Source of the DNA: Tubulanus polymorphus
Lineage: Eukaryota > Animalia > Nemertea
Direction: 5' to 3'
Length of the DNA: 64,000 bases
Assembly: GCF_964204645.1 (NCBI RefSeq)
Contig: NC_134031.1
Location: forward strand, 8,370,001-8,434,000
A program made the position numbers and the translations under genes. Each line of letters opens with the position of its first letter. The stretch's first letter is position 1. The notes beneath the pieces are model-generated. The model had not been told where the DNA came from. It ran no database searches and saw nothing but the letters and a program-made list of their open reading frames with translations. Below, in pieces: positions 25,265 to 38,627 of the stretch.

Positions 25265-28165
25265 ATACCTTATTTCTTAACCCTACCTTCCCAAATGAAA
25301 TTGAAAAAATATGTAAATCCTTAAAGCCTAAAAATACCTGATACAGATGATATCAGCCATAAAAATACTAAAATCAGTCATTGATCTTATTTCCAGTCCA
25401 TTGGCTCATATTTTCAATCTCAGTCTATCAACTGGAATCGTCCCAAATTTATTTAAATCTGCCCTAGTAACTCCTTTATTTAAAACTGGTGATAATAGTC
25501 TATTTTTAAATTACAGACCAATCTCTATACTGCCCTCTATCTCTAAATTGTTGGAAAAAATCATGTACATGTATAACCGAGTTTTAATTTTTCTTGAAAA
25601 ATAGAACATAATTTCTAGTGCTCAATTTTGTTTTAGAAAAGGATATTCGACTGAGCTGGCATTAACTTTAATTACCAATCATATTTTAGAAAATCTAGAT
25701 TGTGGTAAATCGACTATTGGAGTTTACTTGGATCTATCGAAAGCTTTTGATACTCTAGATCATAAAATTTTGTTATCTAAACTATACCATTATGGCATCA
25801 GAGGCCCTCCGCTCTTATGGTTTAAAAATTATCTTCATAATCGCTCTCAAATCGTAAAATTCGAGGGCCATTTCTCGGAATATTCTAACTTAACTTGTGG
25901 TGTACCTCAAGGATCAATTCTCGGGCCCTTTTATTTATCATATACATAAATGATTGTGTTAATGTGTCTTCATTTTTATAACTAATCGTGTTAGCAGACA
26001 GATTATCCCTCAATTTGAAAAACCCATTTTATGGTCTTTAGTCTGGTGAAGAAATTGTCATAGATGATACTGCTATTGATTGTATAAGCTCTACTAAGTT
26101 TTTGGCGGTGTTGTCATATCGCGGAATTTTCCAAAAAACATGGAATTTCTTCATTTTCACTATACATAGTAACCGAGTTTTTCCACGGGGATACCCTTTG
26201 TTGGACATGGCACCGGACGCATGTTTTTCATTTTTTCATTGCCGGTACCTGGTAGGTCTATGTGATAATCTATTACTATCGTCGCTCGACTAATTAACGA
26301 TATTTCCAGACGATAAATTGGAGAACCTACGCAGGCAATTAATCTATCAACATTAGAACCGCATCTACGAGTTCTGTGTATGTTACCATTAATAAACCTT
26401 TAACTAATTGAATATATGCTGCATTGTAAAATGGATATAAAAACGATGATTTATTTTTTTTGCACATTTTCACTGGTCGTATTAAGACCAAAATGAGGTA
26501 TGTTTCTATACGGTCAAGAGAAATATCCCAAAATGAACGATGTCAGACGAAAACAGATATACATTTTGCATATTCTGGCTTGAGATTTTTAATGCGTCTC
26601 GTGCATCTTAATTGTGATTAATGCGAGTGTGGTGTATCTAGAAGAGTTAATAAAAGTTGTTGAATGATATCAAAGATTATTTTTCTAAATGGTATCTTTT
26701 CTTAACTCCGTTATTTGTGAAGAGAGGGCTGTTACTTAGTTGCTTCTCCTATTGATTCCTTAGGTCTGAAAAACGTACTATCGGTACTAGACGGCGGTTT
26801 CTATCAAATATAAGTTTTAAGGAACCGCGGTACATGTTTGGTAGTAGCACATTTCACGTTTGCAGCCATCTGAAACTACGGCCCAACCTAGAGCGACCGT
26901 GCTCAAATCTACTAAGATCGCAAAAAGTCGATTTACTTCGATAACCGATGCTTGCACTAGTGCCAATCTCTTTTTCCGACTACATTTTGAATGTTACTGA
27001 AGCTGCAGGTAACTGAACGGTATCATAAAACAATGTCAGATAAAATTGCGTGCGAATAGTGTGACTCGAAGCCAACTCAGTGCATTGATTGTTCCGGTTC
27101 CTTGTTCCCCGCAGGAAAACCTGGTGACTATTTATAGTGAAAGTGAAGAAATTCCGTGTTTTTTTAAATTCCGCGATTCCGTCATTCCGCGATATGACAA
27201 CACCGGTTTTTGGGTATCATTGTTGATGATCAGTTCAAGTGAAAGGAACACGTCAATATTATTTGTACTAAAATTTCAAGAGTTATTGGTTTGTTCGCAG
27301 ATTCTTCAGATACCTCCCGATCAAAGTACTTCATCAATTATACTACAGCTTAATTTATCCGCATATGTATTACTGCAATGTCATTTGGCATTTGGGGAAA
27401 TGCATCACAACTCCATCTCTCAAAATTATTTCCTTTACAAAAGAAAGCCATTCGTTCAATTAACAAGAGCCAATAAGAAATCCAATATTCTAAAACTAGA
27501 TGATATTAATCGTTTTGTATTGGCCAATTCATGTTTCGCTTTTTTCATAATAGACTACTCAAGACATTTGATAGATTATTTTCCTTTGTATTTAATCGAC
27601 ATAATTCTCATACTAGAAACACTACTACTTTCGTTTCGATGTACGCTTTTCTAAAACTTCAGCCAAATTAAATTCTCTGGTTGCCACGGGTCCTCTACTA
27701 TGGAATACCCTAAATTTCGACATTATTTCCTCTAGTTCTATTGCTATCTTCAAAAAACGTTTAAAATAGTTTAATTGCTTTCTATTGATTTTCAATATTT
27801 CTCCTTACTGGCAATATAAACCCATTTCAGTATTGTTTTCAAAATACCTGTACACTAGTACGCAGAACATGTTTGCTTTTTTTCTTAGTATTTGCTTGTA
27901 CTAAATCTTTTTGTATGATACCATATTTGTTTTTGTTCTTTTCTTATCTCTCTTTTTTAAGGTGCTTCGCATTTTCAAGCTTAAAGCTTTCTGAAGTATC
28001 CTTGCTGTAAAATCAAATTATTTATTACCTAATCACATTTTGTATATACAAATGTGTTCATATATTTGTAATATTGAATGATAATGTAATATATAATTTT
28101 AATTTGTTCAGAAATAAAGCTACCGTACCGTACCGTACCGTACCGTACCGTACCGTACCATACCA
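25265..28165 (+). mobile_element. 5'-truncated CR1/L2-clade LINE with a (TACCG)n tail, interrupted by a TIR element
   Basis: RT motifs NYRPISILPSISKLLEK, DLSKAFDTLDH, GVPQGSILGP and KFLGIIVD (split by the insertion). AATAAA is followed by (taccg)n at about 28121-28165. Confidence 0.85.
26106..27205. mobile_element. Non-autonomous TIR element with an 8-bp TSD
   Basis: 22-bp TIR cggtgttgtcatatcgcggaat / attccgcgatatgacaacaccg; TSD gtttttgg at 26098-26105 and 27206-27213. Confidence 0.85.
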
Positions 28166-29554
28166 TTATACATAGTTACCTTTTGATGATAAAGTCAATA
28201 ATTTTGAGCAAACAGATGAGAGCTGCAATTCATTATATCTCCTCCAGGGATGCAATTTCTTTATTCTTGATAACAGATTTTATCATGTTTTAGGCATCAT
28301 GGGAAAACAAAGAGGTAATTCATATTGTCGATGTTAGACAATGAAGTATAGGCCATGCACTTGTCTTTCAAGAGGCCTGGTGGCAGGTATTGCTAGCTCC
28401 ACCGTTGGCAGTCCCATCCCAGTCTCTAAGGAAAACCACAGACATCAAGTGCCTGCAATGACGTAGACACATTTTTACTGCAAGAAGACTCCAACCGCTT
28501 ACGGGTATGACTATAGGGCCAACTGTTTTGTTGTCATCAGCTACTACATCAGGCGTACTATAGGACTGCATCAGATGTCACTACACAAGAGTTCGCTGAT
28601 AAGATTGCCTTGATGCCTACCTCCAACTTCTGGTACTACTCTGCTACCGCTCCGACATTAACGTCCCACGGGTCGACACAAACGAACTACTACTATAATA
28701 CTACTTTCGGCGAAGAAACCACCTAATAATTCGATCATCTTGAAAGAAGCCTTGCTACAACCCGTTCATGCATAATGTTAGGGCATAGACGGTTACAATG
28801 TCTATTGCATGGCACACATGAATCACCCAGAGACTATTCACCACTATGCGCCCTCGTAACCTTGTCCGATTGCTAGACTAGGGAATGACTATCATTGGGA
28901 AATACTCTTTGCTGTCTCACTGGAGTACGTTTCTCCAACACAGAAACAGCTAATGTAAGATATTCCTCTAAATCTATGTGCCTGGACATAACAGAATACT
29001 CGAATTTAGAGTCCATAAAGTTCTATTGGATTGTATTGTGAACACTCCTATCTTCAACACTCGGTTGACGAGGACCCCATGCCACCAGCTATCCCACATG
29101 ATGGCGTCCACATCAATGGGAACACTCGAACAAAATTCATTGATTTTCAATTAATTCTTATCTTAGATTTTAAGCCTCCCAAACACCTCCCAAACAAGAA
29201 ATGACGCAAATCATGTCATTTGATAAATTAAGATGTTTAGGCTTCATATAACTATGGAAAGGTAGGAGAAATCCGGTGTCAATGTATGAACGCATACTAG
29301 TGAACCTGGCAGATCCTTGCCACAAGTGAACTCCCCGATTGCCACTGTCTAATGTAGGGTCCTTATTCTAACCAACCACAGATGACTTAGTTATAGCTCT
29401 ATACATGTAAGAAAGCATCCTCGATGTTGGCAATAGAGCTACATGTATAACTTTCTTACATGTATAAATCTAAAGTGTGATCTAAGGTCAGATCCTTTCA
29501 TCTCTTAACACGATAGACAATAATACATCAACATAAATGTTTCATTATTTTTAT

Positions 29555-29773
29555 TCATATGTCTTTATCAAGATATCCATGCATTCTACGTAATTTTTGC
29601 TTTTTCTTTTGGTTACCATGTTTCTTCCATGGTTTAGCATTAAGAGATTGTGTACTCGACTGCGAAGAATTGCCATCCCTGGTAGTTGATAAAGAATGAT
29701 GAGCAGTAAAGTCTGTTACACGTGTAAAATCAGCGACACCATTGATTCCTTTACTTCTTATTTTAGAGTCAGC
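29555..29773 (-). CDS. LSG1: Large subunit GTPase 1, last coding exon
   Basis: ADSKIRSKG...KPWKKHGNQKKKQKLRRMHGYLD* matches the LSG1 C-terminus (KPWKKH.N..K.K.RR); phase-0 acceptor. Confidence 0.85.
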   Translation of the reverse strand, partial: ADSKIRSKGINGVADFTRVTDFTAHHSLSTTRDGNSSQSSTQSLNAKPWKKHGNQKKKQKLRRMHGYLDKDI

Positions 29774-30401
29774 CTGAAAAATTAACAAATAAACTCCAAA
29801 ATATATTGACAGTGTCATAAAGAGAGTATAATTTGAGTTGACAACAGTGACTCTGACAGATTTAAGAAAGAATGACGCGATTTGCCATAAAAATGATTAA
29901 CGCTCTTTAAGTCTTAAGAACCGGATTCTTCCAGGTTGTATCTATCTGCCTCAACATGGCAAACATAAAAGGTTATTGTGCATGGAACGCGATAAATGAA
30001 AAAAAAGATATGAGCGATGCACCGACGTATGTTTTTTGCAACATAATAGCATCTCGACATAAGAATGTATATTTCTACAGCGACGTAATACTTTAATGCA
30101 TTTGCGACGGCGTAAGATACCAATAAAATACCAATTATGAAATATATCTAATTACAAAATCAACCCCAAAATTATGTCGAACAAAATTTTTTTCCCCCGA
30201 CTTTTGACAATGTACTAGTGCGCCATCTTCATCTTAGTACAGATGGCGCACTAGTACAATGTCATATTGAGAGTATAATCTGAGTTGAGAATAGTGACTC
30301 TGAGAAATTTAAGAAAGAATGGCGCAATTTGCCATAAAAATGATTTAAGTTTTTCCGTAAATTATCAAACTGTTTCAGTATTCTCACGCAACAATTTTCT
30401 G

Positions 30402-31647
30402 AACTAGGGGTCCAGGGACGCCATGCCTACTTGGGAAGTGGTTTCAAATGCTCAACAATCTAACAATTTCAATATTCAACACCCTGGGTGACCATACACA
30501 AAAACCAATGACCTTGAAACTCACCACAATCATAGAACATGTCAGCAGCTACGATTTTGTAATCGATTGTGATAACAAAATATGCCTCGTTACCAATTTA
30601 ATAATATGGAAATACTAAGTTATTCTACTATTCAACAATCATTGGTTGTAAGCTTAATAATCAGACGGGCTTATACCAACGTTAGAGATGACAAAACACG
30701 GTTGTAACACTTCCAAAATATACTTTCTATAGTCTTCAGTTCACAATTAATGGCTTAATTCACAAACTAACACCAGTACCTTTCGAAATAATCCAATTTT
30801 ATGTATGTTTCGAGTGATTAATCAACATTTTTTTTTGAGAAATTAACTAATTTCTCCACAAATTCCGCCATTTTTATTAACGACAATTTTTATTTTTGAT
30901 GATTTTCCAACATTTATTTCAAATCTTTGTGTTTTCCATAATAAATGATGAAATAATAAATTCTAGTTGAAGAGAAATGTGAATAAGTCTTGATATCTTA
31001 ATTTTTTTCAATTTCGTCGTTCATTTCATTAGTTTGTGTTGTTGTCCTGGCCTCAGTCCACAGGTGCCAGCACTCTCCACATATGTTCAAAGTGGCCACC
31101 ATTGAATCGATGAAAATTTACTCTCTCTTCGCGGCCGATCTGCACATGGATTAAGATCATCAGGTGAGGTGTTATAGGTATCAAACAAACTACGAATCTG
31201 TTGTGCGTCGATTACAACAAAACCAGAAAGAAACTTTCCATGATGGGTTTCAGTATTGACTTAGAACTTAGAAAAGTGAATGGAAATAACTGTGTTGATG
31301 CGGTGCATATTTAATCCATACTATCGAGGGAAAACGTCAGTAAGTATACTTACCATGACCACTGGATACAGTCTGCTCTCGGCACAATCGCCAAGAACCC
31401 ATGACATAGGGCTATGACCATGCAGTCCATGGGGTACAAGCTTCACATCCATGATTTAACACAAAGTTTTGAAGCTGTTCACAGACTGAACTTTAAGGCC
31501 GACTGCTAAAATTTATTTATTTTTGATTGTCCACGATCTTTTTGGGATATTTCGCTTAACTTCCCAAAATAACTGGATTCTGCCTACGGACGGACGAAAA
31601 GTGAACGCAGTAGCCCGCTGGTACTTAAGTCCCAAGTGGGCTAAAAA
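30402..31647 (-). mobile_element. HINE family B copy with nested inserts
   Basis: aactaggggtccagggac end and ...ggacggacg...cttaagtcccaagtgggctaaaa end. Interior 30640-31230 matches the body of the element at 53614-57962. Confidence 0.7.
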
Positions 31648-32978
31648 CAGGACGCCGTATTTTTGCACGATTTTACGGAACAGTTACTGAAAAATCAGAA
31701 CGGTTGGCACTTCATTTTTCCAGGTCGTACCTATGTGCCCCAACATGGCAAACTTAAAAGGTTATTGTGTATGGAACGCGATAAATGAAAGAAATATGAG
31801 CGCCGCACCAATGTATGTTTTTTTGCAACGTAATAGCACCACGACATAAGAATTAATAATCCTACAGCGACGTAATACTTTGACATAATACTTTAATGCA
31901 TTTGCGACGACGTAAGTTTTTGTGACGACGTAAGTTATTTCCGAAAATCACCACCAGGTGGCACTGCAGATGTTCATTCAATTGAATTGAATGGTTAAGA
32001 CTAACCAGAATATCTTCCATGATTTATATCACGGCGTATGGCGCGCCACTTGACACTTATTCTGACACACTTTCTATTCCAGCATCGCCGTATTAACATT
32101 AATAGAGTCCGGGATTTTCCGCTAATGTTGCGTTGAATATTGATTACGATTACGATTTTATTTACACTCCAACCATTTCCACTATTACACATGTATATAC
32201 AAATATTTACAAAACTTTTGAAAAGGGCCAGTATTAATGCCCAGCTAGCGAATTTGAGTGCCACTTATTGGTATCATGCCACTAAATTTGCCTTCGCATT
32301 CAATTTGCTTGTACCTTTTTTAGATTTTTGGCAAAATTTGCCCTTTTTCGATTATACTTCCAGAACAACATTAATGTCTATTTGAATGTCTAATGAATAG
32401 TGCCCTTTTGAGCAAAGGGCTGTGCTTATATTGCCTTTTTTATTTTGGGCAATTTATTTTCATTCACATTTTGCTTTTGGCCTAGTACAGAAAGGCAATT
32501 ATTTTTTATGGCGCACAAATTGTGTGCCCTCTTATTTACCTATTTCCCGACACAAAAATTTTGCAATGACATTTGAAAACTGCGACTACCGCACATGCTG
32601 CATGTGGGACAATCTGGATCCCTGCCTGATTTGATAAAAATGATAAAAATTTAGAGAATGAAAACGTAACAAAGTATATACACATTAACTAGTGACAATA
32701 CATGTATGTATACTATAGGAGGGATCTATATACATCTAAGCCGGTTTTAATGAATTTAGCCAATTGGACCGTTGGGTTGTTCAAAATATCAAGGGTATTA
32801 AAGGTATTCAAATTCAAGTAGTTTTTGCGGGGTCATGAAGTAAGGTACAGTCAAACAGAAAATGGGATTCATCACCTAAAGTATTATTAGCAGGGCATAT
32901 TCTATCAGCTCTGTCTAAATGAAGGTTTGAAAATTTGTTCACAGGTAAAATATAGGACCCGACCCTAAATTCAAATGA

Positions 32979-33275
32979 AACTAGGGGTCCAGGGACACCA
33001 TGCCCACTTTGGAAGTGGTTTCAGATGCTCAACAATCTAACAATTTCAATATTCAATGCCCCATCCAATGACCTTGAAAAAATCTATTGACCTTGAAACT
33101 CACCACAATCATAGCACATGTCAGCAGCTACAATTTTGTAATTGATTGTGGTAACAAAATAGGCCTAGGTACCAATACGATATGGAAATACTAAGTTATT
33201 CTACTATTCAATGCCCCTTGGTGACCATATGCGAAGCCCTATGACATTGACACTCACCATCATCATAGAACATGT
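32979..33275 (-). mobile_element. HINE family B, partial
   Basis: Same aactaggggtccagggacacc terminus and internal repeat units. Confidence 0.75.
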
Positions 33276-33764
33276 AATATGGTAAACAGACAATTATTTT
33301 GGGATGGCCTTAATTGACACATTTTCCGCATGGTTGAGCCACAAAATCAACGATTGAATTGAATTGCGCCGGTAGCATCTTAAACATGGTCACAGTCCCG
33401 GACGCAGCCACAAGTCTAAAACCCGGCCCCGGCTTCGGCCAGACGTCAGATACACGGGCCGGTTCTGCGCTTGCCATTGGCCCTTTCTGTGTCACGCGTA
33501 CAATCAATACAATGCTTACGATTCAAATAGACACAATAATATTGATTCAATTTGTACTGTCTTGGGAAAACACATATAATTGATGCTTTTACGGTTTGTA
33601 GCGCTTTTACGGCCGCTGTGATCAACCGATCTCAGAACTTTGTAACCCGAATTGACACTGTTTTCAAGAATGATGGAAGTGAAACTGAAATGTCGGAAAT
33701 CGGTCTTTGAATAGGAGATTTTCATCCCTGAACATATCAAATTAAGACCAACCTTCGTACTTAC

Positions 33765-33938
33765 TTTTTTGAAAAATTTGGTGTCTATCTCACTGGTGAA
33801 TGGTCCCTTAGGTTCATTTAGTTCAGCTTTTTCTTTGCGAGCTTGCAAAGCTGCAGCTTTCCGTTCTGGTGCAACAGGTGCACTTTCATATGTATCACAA
33901 TCTATACCAGGTGGTGCATGGCAATATGACAATTTACC
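33765..33938 (-). CDS. LSG1: LSG1 exon
   Basis: GKLSYCHAPPG...IDTKFFKK; AG acceptor and GTAAGT donor; 174 nt. Confidence 0.88.
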
Positions 33939-34335
33939 CTTAAAATTAAAAGAAAAAGAATATCAAGACAAGTCTTCAGAGTTCATTATGAAATATCGTT
34001 TTAAAATATTCACTGTAATTAACAAAAAATTTATTTGTTCCCTTGCCCTTTCTAGCATGAAGGGAAAATATCAAAAATAGTGCTTAGATGTTGTTACCAA
34101 GCTTTGTTGTTTGTCAACGCACCTTAGGACTAGCAATTTACGTCATGATTTCAGAACAGGAGTAATGTGAATTAAGTTATATTGGCAAAAAGCATCCAGA
34201 AAAGAGAAAATCAATAATATTAATAATAAACAAGGGAACATCCTCCCTTGGCAGGGATTTGTACCTTCAGATCCTCGCAAATTTCAATTTCAAGCTAGTT
34301 TAGTGTAATAGAACTGAATCTGGCATGGTACTTAA

Positions 34336-34912
34336 CCCTTTTGCTGCGTACACGCTTGCACCGCCCCCTACGTAAGGTATTTTCCGAAAAATTCGATTTT
34401 TTTCAAATTGTTTTTAACCCCGATTTTTCGCGTTTTTATCGAAGATTATGATGTTATTTAGTGAAAATCAGTAAAAAATCATACCAACAGCCTTTTCTGT
34501 AGGGGGGGGGGCGTGTTGGGGGGGGGGGTCAGGATGGGTTAAAAATTTTTTTTTTCAGTTTTTCACCCAAGTGCCTATCTCAGTCTTTGGTGATTGATGC
34601 TACGGTGTGGATGAAAGAAATTCAATTGATATGGGATATCCTTTTCCGCTGGTAGAGGTACGTAAGTTGGGAGCCATCTCAATCCCGCGCAAATTACCAT
34701 GTGCTCAACAGGCTGACAGCACCAACTACTGACGCATTTTCGCCATCTGTTGTTTAGAAAGCTAACTATCTTGTCTTACATGCGTTTCCATACTGTTTGC
34801 TGTGTACGCGTTCGAGTTATAAATCAATAGGTGCATGACGTTTCTACAACGTCATACGCACAGCAAGTGTCACTCATATGACGTTTCCAAAACGTCACAC
34901 GTAGCGAAAGGG
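34336..34912. mobile_element. piggyBac-like MITE
   Basis: TTAA|cccttttgctgcgt ... acgtagcgaaaggg|TTAA (TIR 12/14). Confidence 0.8.
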
Positions 34913-35124
34913 TTAAAAAACCCTCAACCAAATTTTAATTGCAGTGACCATTCAATTTGAAATTGAATATGTGCCATGATCTATCTCTGAAATGTGATCA
35001 AACTTTCTGAAATCAAAATTAGCTGAATACGATTTGACCGTACAAGATAAGCCGAAACTAAAGTGCCAGTCTCTATTTACCATAACCCATTGGGACTCAG
35101 GAATTTAACTATGTAGTGCATATT

Positions 35125-35727
35125 CAGACCTGCCAACCCTGAACTTTTTTCCAAGTAACACATATCAAAATTTTAAGTATTTCAGAAATTTCTAAAGAAC
35201 CAACCTTTTACCTGGTCATTTTCATGAAAAATAAGTAGTTTCCTTAACTATACACAAAAATCAAAATTTCATCTAACAAAATCAAATGTTTTATTGGCGG
35301 GACCATCTGTACGTTCTGTCTCAAGTTCAGAATCGTGTGTGTCACTAGGCTCAGATTGAGATGATGGATCTGAAGAGAACTCGGCATCAGACATGACAGA
35401 ATTATCCACACCAAACACCATTTTCGATTCTACATAGATGGCGGTAGCTGTCGGAACTTCACAATAGCGGGTCACAAAGCAGTTCAGTGTTGCGCCAAAG
35501 ATAGTTAAAAATTTATTCTGGCGTGATTTACGGCAAAAGCAAGTAAATGAACAATATGACGACTTTTATTTGTGTAATAAATGATAATTACCTAAACGTT
35601 ATAGAAAGAAATTTCGCGTTTTTTCAATTTAAATGAAATACGTAACATTTGTGGAAAAACGTAACACCGTAATTTCACTTCAATTTATGTAACCATTCCA
35701 GGAAGAACAGAATGGTTGGCAGGTCTG
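35125..35727 (-). mobile_element. CAG-terminated TIR element (hAT-like, 6-bp TSD), copy 1
   Basis: TIR cagacctgccaacc / ggttggcaggtctg; flanks catatt / tatatt; paralogous to 50006-50612. Confidence 0.8.
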
Positions 35728-36117
35728 TATATTACTCCTCAGAAAATTTAAGGGAATATCCCATCACAATACAGAATAGTGCATTACCAGTTAATTTTTA
35801 TGCCCCCAACCCCATATTCATCCAGAAAGATATAGGCTAAGTGAGCACTCAGATCAGTCGAGTTCATGCTTGAGAATACTCAAGAATTTCAAATATGAAG
35901 ATGTGGATTTCTATGGAATTCCGAGAACTTGGGTGTCTAGTTTATTACAAGCTATTGGGTTCAAATCCCACTATAACCATTTTTGTCTAGCAGACGAAAG
36001 AAGTCAGGAGCTGATTCGGTGGCTTGAGAAGTAATAGGCAGGCAGATATGGATGGCTTGAGTGTTAATGGGTTAAAAATATACAGCATAGACAGTTATTA
36101 GTGCAGAACAAACTCAC

Positions 36118-36197
36118 ATTGACAAAATCTTTAAGGATAATTCTTGCTGATCTGGGACCATCTGGCACTCCTTTGGTTGTCATGAAACCTCGCATAG
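36118..36197 (-). CDS. LSG1: LSG1 exon
   Basis: (A)MRGFMTTKGVPDGPRSARIILKDFVN; phases match both neighbouring exons. Confidence 0.9.
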
Positions 36198-38627
36198 CTG
36201 AAGAAAACACACATCATTGATGGTGGTGCAATAAACTATGAACATTTTTAACAAGAAGCCCAAAGGCAGATAAGGACAAATGCCACGTTCCCACTACCAC
36301 TAGTTAGACCATTCTAAATTCTTGAGTTATCACTGGGCCAGTAAAATGTCACTATGGTGTTGTCTCCAAATTTAAAAATCTTAATCATAGATTGAAGAGC
36401 AGGGGTGGATTTAGGATACCTTACATGCCTCATGTGAGGCACTCGAAAAATCTGAAACGCCCTTCTCGGAAAGGCAGAAAAAATTTGAAATTAGTTTGAA
36501 AACTTTTCATGTTTAATGTTTATCCTGTAAAATTTCCTGAGAATGTTCATCAAATAATTGTTTCCTTAGCGTCCTCAATGGTGTTTCAAATATTCAATAG
36601 TACGCATTGAGAATATTAATTCAAAGTAAGAATATTTCAAGAACTCTTAAAATATTCCATGTGCCTTAAAGGACACTTCAAAATGATGCCCAAATAGGTA
36701 CCGTAGATCTTCAAATTAGAATAAAGCAAGTCGCAGTAAAAAAAGCAAAATCAAATCTTGGCAAAGTAGGGCATCTGTTTCTAACTTAATTTTTCATGCA
36801 AGAATATGCCCTATTATGGCAAGGTTTGTCTATCCTCTAAAAATCCTAGCTATCGGTGAGTTGAATTTTTGACTCAACAAATGTTCATAATTTCAATACA
36901 TACCGAGAATGACATAAAACCACTATAACTATGAGTGACTCGTATAAATATGGTACAAACTTGCTGAGGGCCTGGGTTTCATCGGAGGATTTTCATTATC
37001 ATACAGACAATAATAAAACCAATCAGGACAGAAGCTCCAAGTTCTTCAAATTTGAGGCCAGTGCAGGCCCGGTTACGGACGAAATTAAGTTATCGACTGA
37101 CATGGTTTCTAATAATTTCACAATAGGATTGTTTTTAGCAGGCAGGCTAAGCGTGAGCTTATATCTTCAATCAGGCAAATCATTGTTACGCGCGACCTAC
37201 ACCATGGCGCGCATGCGTTATCTGTATTTAATGTTTTCAACGCGAACACTCATCACTAATAAAAATAATCAAGCCCCAAAACGGATCGCTAATGCATACG
37301 TCAATAAAATGACTTTAATTAATGACGATAAAACAAGTATTCCAGTTGTGTAAATATCATACTATCACTAAAAATTCAACGCTATCAACGAATCAGCTGT
37401 GTGGCAAACACGGAAATAAATTTCCGCATTCTGAACCCACATTTTCACCAGATATCTTGATGCAACTTTACCTTATGCACAGGATTTCAAAATTAGATGA
37501 ATCATTTAACATATTTACATAATAAATCACTTTATTGTACGCCGTGAGTATCAGTTATCGCGCTAGCAACAATGGATATCAACCTATTCAATTGCAGTGA
37601 CGGATCAATAGCTTCGAGCGTAGTGTATTAAGCACACGAATGATTATCGATCGGCCACACCGTTGACATAGGCTCGCTAATGCCAGCCAAAAAATATGAA
37701 ACCCACGGCTTTCAACTTTGCACACCATAAAGAAAAACAAATTTACGCAATATATTTTTGCTTAATGCGCTCAATTCGCCCATTAGTAGTGAAATTACAG
37801 GCTACTTAAATTGCGTTTGAGTGTGCTAAAAATAGCTTTGAGCGTAGCGTATTAAGCATACAAATGATTATCGATCGGCCAGACTGTTGACATAAAATAG
37901 ATGAAAAAGACTTTAACTGTGCATTGGGGTTGATTCCTATATAATGTGCTTCTTTATGAAAGAAGTTTTTCTTTGGTGAGCCATCAAAGATCCGCCCTGA
38001 AGAGTACCAGTTATTTATTAAGAAAACTTTTGTTGACTGTATTTTATCATATTTCTGGACGCAGCAACATATGTTGAATTCTAAGATATTTTCAGCACAC
38101 GCAAGGATGGATTTAAAGATAACACGGAACCAGGGATTATAATAAGCAGGACTAAACTGCAACAAGTGAGCAACATAGGCAGGAAGCTCAAAGTGGGTTC
38201 TGGGGACCCTCCCCAGGAAAGTTATTGAATTTGAGATGCTCTAAGATTGATTTTAGAATTTATTTTGACAAAAATCGAAATGAAAGTACGACGTCGTTCG
38301 ATGATGATTCACTGTCATCTATCATCCAAAACCATTTGTAAGGCGGATGCTGATTGGACGTTTTTTTTTTTTAGGTTAAAAGTCAAAGAGTCCCGAAGCA
38401 AATTAAGATATAACATATTTTCACATAATCATTATTTTTACTTGCATTTTCAGGCCTGGATAAATATCTCCAATTTCTTTGCATGATTTCTAAAACTTGT
38501 CTTGTTTCTATTTTGGCAGCATGAACTGGTATTTTTTCGCAGTAATTTATATAGGTAATACCAGATGGCAGCACATAACAAAAAATGTTTGGGTCGAGTA
38601 CAGTCAAGCATACTAAAAACACATGCT

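Noticed and set aside
27046-27654. 202-aa ORF
   Set aside because: It spans a MITE/LINE junction and is mostly out of frame with the LINE protein; a chance ORF.
28300-29470. Possible decayed retroelement coding sequence
   Set aside because: No convincing motif could be read in any frame; left unannotated.
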